A stretch of DNA of 63,802 nt, the filler included, from Octopus bimaculoides (taxonomy: Eukaryota), in the NCBI RefSeq assembly GCF_001194135.2. It is 4 parts of 4 records of this genome, joined end to end, with 100 filler letters (N's around TTAATTAATTAA, not from the genome) between each part and the next. Parts side by side here need not be neighbours in the genome. Positions count along the whole stretch, not along the records: positions 27,515 to 46,047 come from NC_068995.1; positions 46,148 to 62,610 come from NC_068981.1; 2 more parts are not named here. One strand, written 5' to 3'. Made by a program: the position numbers and the translations under genes. Below the pieces are notes generated by a model. It made no database searches and had not been told where the DNA came from. It was given only the letters and a program-made list of their open reading frames with translations. This document shows, piece after piece, positions 39,321-50,802 of this stretch (its first letter is position 1; the number at the start of each line of letters is the position of its first letter).

Positions 39321-39910
39321 AAATAATAATAATTGCTGATGCAATACGAGGCAGTGACTCTCGTGCCTTCTTATATTAACTGATTGGAAGTGTTATGTAC
39401 ATGTTCTTTCTTGGTGTAAAAGCTGGGCTACAGTAAATATTCTGCTCAATACCACAGATTTCCTTGTCAATTGTCTGACCTTAACTAGCTGAGCATGTCC
39501 CTTGGTGGATGACGATATGTGCACCTCTGATCTTGAGCAGGAGTTGTTGGGTAACATCATAGTCATGTGTTGAGAGGAATTCTTTAGGGTTTGACTAATC
39601 CACCTCTGAAAATATGGGTGTTTCATTCATCATCATTAAACAACCCTTATTCAGGAACCTTTTGAGCGTGATGAACAACTAGACATGAAGAAAATTCTAA
39701 CAAGGCCCCACCTGCAAGGTCATGCGCTGATTATTTTGATATGAAATCATGTCACGCACATGTGGTTGTGATGCATGTGCCTGATGTACTATTATCAGAC
39801 AGGTAACCATGATGGGTATATTTGGTTTCATATATTTGTACCCCAGTGTCACTTTGATGGCATGAGCTGCTTTCTCCCTCAATAATAATAATAATAATAA
39901 TAATAATAAT

Positions 39911-40137
39911 CCTTTCTAATATAAACACAAGGCCTGAAATTCTGAGGGAGAGGACTAGTCGACTACATTGACTCCCCCCCCCCTCTTACCTACTGTTCAA
40001 TTTGTACTTATTTCATCGATCCCGAAAAGATAAAAAGCAAAGTTGACCTCGGCGGAATTTGAACTCAGAAAGTAGAGACGGACCAAATGCCGCGAAGCAT
40101 TTTGCCCGGCGCGCTAACGATTCTGCCAGTTCGTCAG
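39911..40137 (-). mobile_element. SINE family B; further partial copies at about 40160-40290 and 40515-40610
   Basis: GACCTCGGCGGAATTTGAACTCAG is the reverse complement of the box B region; (AAT)n tail. Confidence 0.8.
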
Positions 40138-40925
40138 CTGTTTCTAATTAAAGCACAATGAGTGGGGATAGTCGATGCTATCAGCCCTAATCTTTGACAA
40201 GTACTTTGTTTCTATCAATCGCGCGGGGAGTGAAAGGTAAAGTTGATCACGGCAGGATATGAACTCAGAAAAGAATCTCTGATAAATATCATTTAATATT
40301 AAACAGCAAGTAAAGAAGAAAAACAAAAGTAAAATGGAAATGATGGTGGTCTGGGCAAGCAAAAAATATTGTGAGATTGATGAATTTAGATAAATTTATA
40401 AAATGGTGGGAATAGAATCTAATGTTGTTGAACGAAACGTCAGGTTGCACTTCACCCCCTCGTCTTAGGAATTCGCCAGATGCCATATATTCCATGAGTA
40501 ATACAGATGAAAATTATTTCTAATATAGGTACAAGGCCTAAAATTTGGAGGGAGAGGCTTAGTCAATTAACATCGAATTCACAGAATGAAAAACAAAGTT
40601 GACCATTTGAGGTCGGCACTCAACCAACTTAAATATAAGATACACACATATTCATAAAGTAACACAGTTGCACATACATACTCAGGCACACATACATTTA
40701 TGCACGCTCATCGATACATGCATAAGTTTTAGGTCATCGCAGGAAGATGCAGATATTTCCTCACCTTCTATTACCAGCTATTACTTATTGTCATACATTA
40801 CTGAATACAATGTACAAGGGATAAGTGAAATAAGTGAAATGAATTGGATCAACTAAGAATCGAACCTTAACTTATCCACCATATCCATAGAAATGACTCA
40901 GTCACAAGTATGCATATACACACGT

Positions 40926-40961
<36 letters not shown>

Positions 40962-41851
40962 CACACCATACCACACACACACACACACACACTATTCAAC
41001 TTGTATATTGAGAAGTTGCGAGTAGTCACTTGGATTTCCCTGGTAGGTTATTTATATATACACACACCATGCGCGCGCGCGCACATACATGTAGAGACAT
41101 GCGCAAATAGCCAAATCCACTAATGCAAATATGTAGGCTTCCGTGCAACATTACCCTACTGGGGATTAAGAGGGACATCAACCACACCACTCTCACTAAC
41201 ACAGATGAACTTTAAAGGCCATTCTTACCTAATTACAAATATTCAAATTGAACACTAACCATATCAATTTCATCATCATTCACATCAGTAGGTTTATCAC
41301 TCAGCTATATCCACCCTGAACCAACGATGACGCTTCTATGTGTCTCAGGAACATAGAAATATCAGCTAAACCAATTTATAGATACTCAATGATTTAAAGA
41401 TGCTTTTATGTGACTAGAAATATATGGAAACATATTGTCTTTCGTTTATGTGACTAGAAATATATGGAAACATATTAGTCTTTCATAAATAGTCTTTCGT
41501 TATTTTTTTTTAACCTTCGTTCGTATTGAATAATATTTCTATCTCAGCATAACCACATCACCATTCGCTGGATTGGTATTTCATCAGTTGACTCACCAAT
41601 TATACTACTTCTTGTTTAGCACCAGATTAGCTGTGATTCAGTAATCCTATGATCATCGGCGCTCTAACCGTGACCATCTCGTCTTTTGTAATGGATGTAA
41701 TTCATCTAGAACTATCTATCAAATGTATTCTTTGTTTTAATTTGTCTGGTGGACTTTGCGGAAGATTTGAATATTATTTCTGATAAATTAACTGCACATT
41801 GGTAAAATATATATATATATATATACATTGGCGTGATATTCTAGCTCTACT

Positions 41852-42165
41852 AGAGGAGGAGGAGGGACAAGGAAGAGGAAGAAGACAAGGAGGAGAACGA
41901 GGAGGACGAGGACGAGGGGAGGACGAGGAGGAGGGGAGAACGAGAAGGAAGAAGAGAAAGAGGAGGAGGAGGAGGGGAGGTCGACAAGAAGGAGGGGGAC
42001 AAGGAGGAGGAGAAAGATGAGGATAAGGAGGAGGACGAGAAGGAGGTGGACAAGAAGGAGGTGGACAAGAAGGAGGTGGACAAGAAGGAGGAGTGCCACG
42101 ATATCGATGCCGACGACGCCGACAACAAGGAGGAGGTGTTGGTGTTGGTGTTGGTGGTAGTAGAG
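41852..42165. repeat. Purine-rich (GAG/GAA) low-complexity tract
   Basis: Read directly from the sequence. Confidence 0.95.
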
Positions 42166-42341
42166 GTAAATCTGCTTAACCTAACATATCGAAGTTTTTT
42201 ACTCAACATTCAGTTACAAAGAAAATTATTTAGGCTAAAATAGTGGAATCACAAAACTAACAAAAATTAACATACTGGCTTACAAAAATAGTTTCATTGA
42301 TGAAATGCAGATGGGTTGACATTTCCAAGGTGGTTATGTGA

Positions 42342-43032
42342 ACAATGAAAGGGCGTTCGTTACTGTATATATATTGTATATATTCAGATTGGGTAAAAGG
42401 AAAGATATACTGAATTTATAAGGGTAACAAATGAAATTGATATTGGTCTTTGCAAAGATTTTCAGAAATGTAAATGATGTAACTTATTTTCATATGAAAA
42501 GAGAAATAGGCACTCAATTCTCTATGCTTAACCCCAATAAATTCAAGCGTTCAAGAGAAGCGTTCATATCCCTTATAACCCTTCAGACTGCCTTCACTTA
42601 AGCCCAAGTGAACGACTTCTTATTCAACACTTAATTGCACAACTTTCCTAGAAATACCAGCGAAATTTCCTTCTCATCGTACCTTACCGTGTTAAAAATA
42701 GTTCAGACAATGTAGCCTCTGATATAAAAAAGAAGGGGGGGATCCTGGGAGGTCATAGTCGGAACGGTGTCTTCATCGTAGATTTGTTTAAAAAAGACTA
42801 ACTTGGTGCTGAACAACATTACATCGTCAATTCAATCTTCTCTCATTATATCATTAATACTCTGATATAGTCCTGTCACAGAACATGTTATATACAACTA
42901 AATCAGTAGGTGTAATTTATACTTTCATTTTATTGAATCTGAATTATTTATTGAACGTAATTTATTGTACTGGTTATCGATATCTGATCGACCACCGTTA
43001 ATTTCAATATATTTGTAAAATAATTCGAATAA
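42342..43032. repeat. Downstream flank of ORF-B, duplicate of 30468-31170
   Basis: Same alignment; includes shared polyadenylation hexamers. Confidence 0.97.
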
Positions 43033-43115
43033 TTGTAATCACGAGATTTAATTGTTTTTTCTTCTGACTCGTTGATATTGAAATATATCTGAATACACTT
43101 TGTTATTTCTAAATA

Positions 43116-45032
43116 TCAGTAGCGCCATGGTGGCCTACGTGTTAACTCTCCCAAAGTCGTTTTTTGTCTTGGAGTTACTTTTGGTCTTGATGTTGCGCGT
43201 CCTTCAGTCCTCGAAACCACCTCTTCACGTCTAGTACTTATTTGTCTTCCAGGTGCTGCACGACTTCCCATCCTCGATTCGCTCTCTCTACTTCTAGTAC
43301 TTACTTGTCTTGAAACCACCTCTTCACTTCTAGTAACTGGGCGTCTTCCTGTTCTAGAAGTGGTCTCTCCACGTCTAGTACTTACTTCTCTTGTAACCAC
43401 CTCTTCGCTTCTAGTAGTTGGGCGTCTTCCTCTTCTAGAAGTAGTCTCTCCACGTCTGGTACTTACTTCTCTTGCAACCACCTCTTCACTTCTAGTAGCT
43501 GGGCGTCTTCCTGTTCTAGAAGCGGTCCCTCCACGTCTAGTACTTACTTCTCTTGTAGCCAGCTCTACATTTCTAGTAGTTGGGCGTCTTCCTCTTCTAG
43601 AAGTGGTCTCTCCACGTCTAGTACTTACTTCTCTTGTAACCACTTCATCTCCTATCGCTTCATGCATAGCATGTGCTTCCAGAAAATCTTGTCTCATTCT
43701 GTCAAGTCTATCTTGACTTCTAGCAGATACGTAAAGAAAGCTTTCGGGTCTACTTGCAGCCCTGACTGCAGCGAGAGCTGATTCAGCTGTGGTATACATT
43801 GCAGTACTTGGATCAAAAGTAAAGGGATCATATGCCACTTCTTTTATCCTTGCTGAACGAGGAATTCCATGTACATCCCTATGTTCACCACATTTCTGGC
43901 AGAATAGGGGCTGTCGTAGGTGTCTTATACGCTCTTGTGCTTTCTGAGTTGCTTCTGCTGCTCTTTCATCTCTTGTAATCCTCAAAATACTTCTAGAAGT
44001 TATCCTTGGATAACCTGGGACATATTCTATAACGCGTGACATTTCTTCTTCGTCTGCGAACTGAGGTTCAAATATTTCCTGATCCGGATAAACCCCACCC
44101 CATGCTCCTCCTGATTCACCATCTTCGAAACGGTAAAATACATTTGCATAAGGAAAGACTGTATCGGGAGCTTCGCCTCCCGCTGCTCCCTCAATTTCAA
44201 ATAAGCTAGAAATTTCTCCAGCAGTTTCATTCCATATATCACGCAACTCTTCCTCTTCTGGGATTTCGTTAGTTGCTATTTCCTCTTCTGGGATTTCGTT
44301 AGTTACTATTTCCTCTTCTGGGATTTCGTTAGTTGCTATTTCCTCTTCTGGGATTTCGTTAGCTACTATCTCCTCTGCATCAAATCTGTCTATTATTATA
44401 GGTTCGAAACTGTCACTTTGTATTTTTGAATACAACTGGGTAGGATAGATTGCTTTATGCCTGTACAAATGCCTTCCTATCTCAGGTTGAACTTCAAGAG
44501 GCACTTGTACCACTTCTTCTTCAGGGTCTTCCGCCAATGGTGGGAGTGTGCGTGCTACCCCACCCCTTCTTCGCCTCTTTACAAAACCAAGAGCTTCCAT
44601 CTCCATCTTGCTTTTTAAATATCCAAGCGGGGCATCTATTAATTCTTTAATTGATTCTCCTCTCGATGGGATTATTTCTGTTTGCTTATCGGCTATTCGC
44701 TGCGGTATTTCATGCTCTTCTCCAAATGACCGACCTCGTTCTGGAATTACAGATTCTTCTCCGTCGTCTTCCTCTGCTGCTGCTGCTGCTGCTTCTTCTG
44801 CTTCCATTTCTTCTATCTCACTTTCTGTGAGATTTCCCATTATAATCTCTCGTAAAGTTTTTGGTCTTCCACTTGGACGAGTCTGTTCACGAGATGCATT
44901 TGGGTTTGACTCGACAGTTAAGCCTCTTTCATGTGGACTGTCACTGTCATCGTCTCCTGATCGTGGTGAAGTAACTGTTTCGGAACGCTCAGTTAACTCC
45001 ATGCCAACGCCACTTGAGGATGCACCTGCCAT
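43116..45032 (-). CDS. Orphan ORF-B, 638 aa, no visible introns; Glu-rich N half with 10-aa repeats, Arg/Ser/Thr-rich C-terminus with 27-aa repeats
   Basis: 1.9-kb stop-free frame; 30-bp and 81-bp in-frame repeats; TATATAAAAA about 40 nt upstream of the ATG; AATAAA signals at about 42930-42965. No family recognised. Confidence 0.82.
   Translation of the reverse strand: MAGASSSGVGMELTERSETVTSPRSGDDDSDSPHERGLTVESNPNASREQTRPSGRPKTLREIIMGNLTESEIEEMEAEEAAAAAAEEDDGEESVIPERGRSFGEEHEIPQRIADKQTEIIPSRGESIKELIDAPLGYLKSKMEMEALGFVKRRRRGGVARTLPPLAEDPEEEVVQVPLEVQPEIGRHLYRHKAIYPTQLYSKIQSDSFEPIIIDRFDAEEIVANEIPEEEIATNEIPEEEIVTNEIPEEEIATNEIPEEEELRDIWNETAGEISSLFEIEGAAGGEAPDTVFPYANVFYRFEDGESGGAWGGVYPDQEIFEPQFADEEEMSRVIEYVPGYPRITSRSILRITRDERAAEATQKAQERIRHLRQPLFCQKCGEHRDVHGIPRSARIKEVAYDPFTFDPSTAMYTTAESALAAVRAASRPESFLYVSARSQDRLDRMRQDFLEAHAMHEAIGDEVVTREVSTRRGETTSRRGRRPTTRNVELATREVSTRRGGTASRTGRRPATRSEEVVAREVSTRRGETTSRRGRRPTTRSEEVVTREVSTRRGETTSRTGRRPVTRSEEVVSRQVSTRSRESESRMGSRAAPGRQISTRREEVVSRTEGRATSRPKVTPRQKTTLGELTRRPPWRY
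43270..43645 (-). repeat. 81-bp coding tandem repeat, x4 plus partial copies (EVVTREVSTRRGETTSRRGRRPTTRSE) in ORF-B
   Basis: ACCACC anchors at 43315 and 43396 give an 81-bp period; 27-aa unit in translation. Confidence 0.95.
44251..44376 (-). repeat. 30-bp coding tandem repeat x4 (EEIATNEIPE) in ORF-B
   Basis: TCCTCTTCTGGGATTTCGTTAGTTGCTATT recurring every 30 bp. Confidence 0.97.
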
Positions 45033-45215
45033 TTCGAGTAATCCCTTTAGATTAGAAGGAAACTCTATAGACTTTTTATATATCTTATATTATACATACA
45101 CACACACATATATATATATATATACACACACGCACACACACACACACACACACACTGCAAATTTTCCTCTCTATGCAGTCCCAATGTTCAAAAACAGCTA
45201 TTATTTCATTGACGT

Positions 45216-45705
45216 TCTTTGTGAAATATCCGATGTTTGTATCTTGCAATCCTATATGATGTAATCTTAATTCAATATTACTTGCGCAGTTCACCTTTTA
45301 ACCAATTGATCTTAACCACCTAAAATGCTCCATTTACATACAGGATTACTTGCTTTCATTACGAATCCTATCGACATTGGCTTCAGGACTTGGTACAAAA
45401 CATTAGTTTGATATTAAATTATTTTCATCCTTGGAGTAATATTAATATCATTGAGTATGCATGATTAATATCTTTTGAATATTCACGGCAAATATTGAAG
45501 AAGGCTGTGCCGAGTGTTTGTAGAAATCCTTTCAGAGCCTACTGTGAATATTTTAAGATAAAAAATATTTTAGTTCCATGTGATCGAATACAAGAACGTT
45601 TTATAGTTTCCAGAATATCAGCGAATCGCTGTGCATTTGGTATTGCATATATACAGAAGATTTATACAACAAACACACGTATACACTTGCACACACATAA
45701 ACACA
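45216..45705 (-). promoter_or_regulatory. Upstream flank and putative promoter of ORF-B, homologous to 33584-34085
   Basis: Same alignment; CCAAT core at 45302. Regulatory role is inferred. Confidence 0.55.
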
Positions 45706-46424
45706 CACGCACACACACACATACGCATACACAAACACACACACATACACGCACACAGTATACGGCTGTCCATATACAGAGCTACACTTATAAACGTAAG
45801 CGGCCACGCACACAAACACAGCACCAGACACTTAAACAAATATACATGTACATTGGTACCAAATTATTCACACCTACACAAATATGTACAAATATGTTGG
45901 TACTCCCTCACGTACACATGCATTCGTAGATTAAATTGGATGCAAACGTGTGTATAAACACACACACATATAAATTAATAAATATATACATATATATGTA
46001 TGTATATATGTATGTATGTATAATATATATATATATATATATATATGNNNNNNNNNNNNNNNNNNNNNNNNNNNNNNNNNNNNNNNNNNNNTTAATTAAT
46101 TAANNNNNNNNNNNNNNNNNNNNNNNNNNNNNNNNNNNNNNNNNNNNATTTAAAATAAATATATTTTGGAAATGGCGATTTACGGTACAATACCTAGAAA
46201 CCTGAAAATCAGACCACATGGGTTTGTTTACATCAATTCGGCAGTTTCCATAAAAAGTGTTGGGTTAGGGAAGTGGGAAAGAACGCGAAAGAGATAGAGA
46301 GAGCACGATGTCCCTCTCTATCTCTCTCTCTCCCTTACACACATGCCAATTATCTCTTACCTTCTCGCTCTCCCTCCCTTGCACACATGCCAGTTATCTC
46401 TCACCTTCTCTCTCTCTCTCTCCC

Positions 46425-46657
46425 CCTCCCTTACACACATGCCAGTTATCTCTCTTTCTTTCTTTCTCTCTCTCCCTGTCTCACACACACAGCAAGATTA
46501 CACACACACATAATGCTCTCTCACACTAACAAAAGAACTTCACATACACACCACACTCTCTGTCTTGCATACTCACTATAAAAAGATAGCGTCTATTTCT
46601 TTTTGGCAACATGTGTTTTGTGTGTAATGTTGCTGTGTGTGTGAGAGAAGGAGAGAG

Positions 46658-46708
<51 letters not shown>

Positions 46709-46740
46709 GAGATAACTAGCATGTGTGTGTAAGGGAGAGA
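46425..46740. repeat. Foldback inverted repeat, MITE-like
   Basis: 46425-46510 is the reverse complement of about 46615-46740, with a (GAAA)n expansion in the right arm. Confidence 0.75.
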
Positions 46741-46897
46741 GAGAGATGGTATTTTTTTCTTTTTGCTTGTTGTTTGCTGCTTACCACACAACTGTTAAGA
46801 AATAGCACCCTCTCCTACTTTTTTTCTTTACTTTTTTTTGTTAGACGCTGGCAAACAATGTGTAACTCTCCTTCACCCTCCCTCTTACAAACATACA

Positions 46898-46928
<31 letters not shown>

Positions 46929-47599
46929 CTTCAGGCGCAAACTTCGAAATTGGTAAAAGTTATGGTTGAAAATCGATTTTTACAGGTATACGCGGGTGCC
47001 TCTAAGAGAAAAAGTTGACGAAATTGCACATAGGGTCATGACGAATCTCCTAAAATTGGAGCGACATGCGTGCTAATTTGTGGACGTGCATAAACTACAT
47101 TCACGTACAAACACACACACACATCTCGGCTTTTATAGATATGGATATACATACATATACACATATANNNNNNNNNNNNNNNNNNNNNNNNNNNNNNNNN
47201 NNNNNNNNNNNNNNNNNNNNNNNNNNNNNNNNNNNNNNNNNNNNNNNNNNNNNNNNNNNNNNNNNNNNNNNNNNNNNNNNNNNNNNNNNNNNNNNNNNNN
47301 NNNNNNNNNNNNNNNNNNNNNNNNNNNNNNNNNNNNNNNNNNNNATATATACACATGTATATATACTTATATATACATATATATATACATATATATATAT
47401 ACACACATATATATATATACACATATATACATACACACACACACACATATATATGCACACACACACACACACACACATATAAAACTGAAAAGAAAAATTA
47501 AGAAAAAAATTTTTTTTTCAACCTACGGAACTTTGATACGGGAAAAGCCTAAAACCTTCAACACCAATAAATAATTATTGTCATGAAAAATCCTATTTT

Positions 47600-47850
47600 T
47601 CATGCTCCTCAGATCAGGTTGCTTTCATCAAATGTCCTCCTTCAAACGCTTCAAACACACATTTCCAGGGGTAACATTCATAGCAGGTCTTCCAGATTGC
47701 TCATTGTCTTCCAGGGACATTCTTCCACATTTGAAGCACCTGTGCTACACAACCCATTGCCTCATCACCATAGCAAACTTCTCAAGATTAATGCAAAATT
47801 TACCATTGGCTCTTTGTTCCCCTTCATGATAAAATCGCAGACTACAGCAT
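47600..47850 (-). mobile_element. Mariner N-terminal remnant
   Basis: EQRANGKFCINLEK...FKCGRMSLEDNEQSGRP on the minus strand. Confidence 0.72.
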
Positions 47851-48064
47851 ATACATGTTCAGTATATATGTGTGTGATGGCAAATATACATGTACGCATA
47901 TAGTGTTTGTATGTGTATATGTGTGTGTATGTGTGTATGAATAAGTGTGTATGTAAATGAATATGTATTTGTGCGAATATGTATTTGTATATTTAGCTCT
48001 GTGTGTGTGACAGTATATGAGAGTGTGTTTGTGTATATATGCCTGTATAAATATATATATATAT

Positions 48065-49480
48065 CATCTTCATCATTTAACATCCATTGTCCATGCTGGC
48101 ATGGGTTGGATGGTATGACCAAGGCTGGTAAGCTGGAAGGCTGCACCAGACGCCAGTCTGTTTTGGCGTGGTTCCTACAGCTGCATGTCCTTCAACATCA
48201 ACCACTCTGAGAGTATAATTAGGTGCTTTTATGTGCCACCGGCGTGGGTGCCATTTGTGTGACACTGGTATCTGCCACAACTGTGGTTTTACTTGGTTTG
48301 AGGGTTCTTCTTCTCAAGCACAGCATAATGCCAAATGGACTCTGTCATTGCCTCTGTGAGGTCCAACGCTCAAAAGGTGTTTTTACACGCCACCGGCACA
48401 AATGCCATTTGCATGACACCGGTATCTGCCATGACTGCAATTTTACTTGGCTTGAGAGTTCTTCTCAAGCACAACATAATGCCAAAGGTCCCAGTTATTG
48501 CCTCTGTGAAACCTAACACACAAAAGGAGTTCAACCACTTTGCTTCCGTGAGGCTCATCCCAAGTCTTCCTTGATCTACCTCTAGCACAGGTTCCCTTCA
48601 CAATTAGGGATAGCACTTCTTTACACAGCTGTCCTCGTCCATACGCATCACATGACCATACCAGCACATTTGTCTCTCTTGCACACCACATCTGATGCCT
48701 CTTTTGCCTAACTTTTCTCTCAAGATGCTTACACTCAGTCGAACATGCACACTGACATTGCACATCCAGCAAAGCATACTGGTTTCATTTCTTTCAGGCC
48801 TATGTATCTCCTTGGCTGTGACAGCCCAGGTTTCACTCCCATGTAGTATAGCTGTTCACACACAGGCATCATACAATCTGCCTTTTACTCTGAGAGAAAG
48901 TCCCTTTGTTGCCAGTGGAGACAGGAGCTTTCTAAACTTTGCCTAGCCTAATCTTATTCTGACAGCCATGCTCTCAAAGCATCCACCTCTGCTACTAACT
49001 TGATCACCTAAGTAATGGAAGTTATCTACTACCTCTAGCTTACTCCCATGGCAGTTGATGGAGACTATTTTCTGTACATTTTCAGTGTTCATTGTACCTG
49101 TGTATCTACCACACACAAAACTATGACCCTGGTTTTTGCTAGGTTAAATCTAAAGCGCATCCATTTTAGACCTTGCTTCCACGCTTGGAACTTCTTCTCT
49201 AGTCCTGGTAGTGATTCAGCTATAAGAACAAGGTCATCAGCTTAGAGGAGTTCCCAGAGGCAGCCTGTCTTAAATTCCTCCGTTATTGCCTGGAGGACTA
49301 TGATGAACAGGAGAGGGCTTAGAACCAATCTTTGGTGACCCCCTACTTCTACCCTGAATTCTTTGCTGTACTCATTGCCAATCTTCACCTTACTGGTACA
49401 GCTCTCTTGTAAAGCTGTCACCAGTCACTTGTCTATCCCTAGTTTCCATACTGACCACCAGGTAAGGGATTGGGGGACCC
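48065..49480 (-). mobile_element. RTE-clade LINE, 3' portion (RT domains 4-7, C-terminus, 3' UTR)
   Basis: GVHQ..VLSPLLFIIVL, ELL*ADDLVL, GRSRKTWDE; same family as 59800-63710. Confidence 0.9.
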
Positions 49481-50476
49481 TGTCATACACACGCATACAT
49501 ACATACATACATATATATANNNNNNNNNNNNNNNNNNNNNNNNNNNNNNNNNNNNNNNNNNNNNNNNNNNNNNNNNNNNNNNNNNNNNNNNNNNNNNNNN
49601 NNNNNNNNNNNNNNNNNNNNNNNNNNNNNNNNNNNNNNNNNNNNNNNNNNNNNNNNNNNNNNNNNNNNNNNNNNNNNNNNNNNNNNNNNNNNNNNNNNNN
49701 NNNNNNNNNNNNNNNNNNNNNNNNNNNNNNNNNNNNNNNNNNNNNNNNNNNNNNNNNNNNNNNNNNNNNNNNNNNNNNNNNNNNNNNNNNNNNNNNNNNN
49801 NNNNNNNNNNNNNNNNNNNNNNNNNNNNNNNNNNNNNNNNNNNNNNNNNNNNNNNNNNNNNNNNNNNNNNNNNNNNNNNNNNNNNNNNNNNNNNNNNNNN
49901 NNNNNNNNNNNNNNNNNNNNNNNNNNNNNNNNNNNNNNNNNNNNNNNNNNNNNNNNNNNNNNNNNNNNNNNNNNNNNNNNNNNNNNNNNNNNNNNNNNNN
50001 NNNNNNNNNNNNNNNNNNNNNNNNNNNNNNNNNNNNNNNNNNNNNNNNNNNNNNNNNNNNNNNNNNNNNNNNNNNNNNNNNNNNNNNNNNNNNNNNNNNN
50101 NNNNNNNNNNNNNNNNNNNNNNNNNNNNNNNNNNNNNNNNNNNNNNNNNNNNNNNNNNNNNNNNNNNNNNNNNNNNNNNNNNNNNNNNNNNNNNNNNNNN
50201 NNNNNNNNNNNNNNNNNNNNNNNNNNNNNNNNNNNNNNNNNNNNNNNNNNNNNNNNNNNNNNNNNNNNNNNNNNNNNNNNNNNNNNNNNNNNNNNNNNNN
50301 NNNNNNNNNNNNNNNNNNNNNNNNNNNNNNNNNNNNNNNNNNNNNNNNNNNNNNNNNNNNNNNNNNNNNNNNNNNNNNNNNNNNNNNNNNNNNNNNNNNN
50401 NNNNNNNNNNNNNNNNNNNNNNNNNNNNNNNNNNNNNNNNNNNNNNNNNNNNNNNNNNNNNNNNNNNNNNNNNNNN

Positions 50477-50518
<42 letters not shown>

Positions 50519-50756
50519 TATAAATGTATTACTGATATGGCACAGAAAGTGTGTCAATAGCCAGCTGGAGGAGGTGTCCTCCTGGGGCTACATTCTACAG
50601 TAGCATCCACCCTTAAGGGTTAGCCACATTTAAGTGGCAAATATACTTCACAATGTCATGCAGCTACTGCTTATACCTCACTCAGAGATTTATTATAATA
50701 ACAACAACATCGAAAAATACCTTAGGAATGAGAACCCAGGTTCAAAATTTTCCTAA

Positions 50757-50802
50757 GACACCTGAAGAAGGCTGGAAGGTATATCAGCCAAAGCGTTGTG
50801 TT
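50757..50802 (+). ncRNA. Degenerate minimal hammerhead ribozyme motif, Penelope-type
   Basis: GACAC-CTGAAGA-A-GGCTG(loop)CAGCC-AAAGC (in place of GAAAC)-GTT-GTGTT. Confidence 0.5.

Noticed and set aside
39355-39885. Probable interspersed repeats (also 9560-9900 and 46930-47100)
   Set aside because: Single copies in this window with no diagnostic motifs; cannot be classified from the sequence alone.
41788-42243. Poly-E/R/L/S ORFs
   Set aside because: Simple purine-rich low complexity, open in several frames.
43360-43716. Plus-strand ORFs antisense to the orphan genes (also 44548-45264, 31861-32175, 32416-32649)
   Set aside because: Shadow frames of repetitive coding sequence.
43116-45032. 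Reflectin, protamine or viral identity for the orphan ORFs
   Set aside because: No Met/Asp/Tyr reflectin motif; Arg content and length unlike protamines; no viral hallmark genes nearby.
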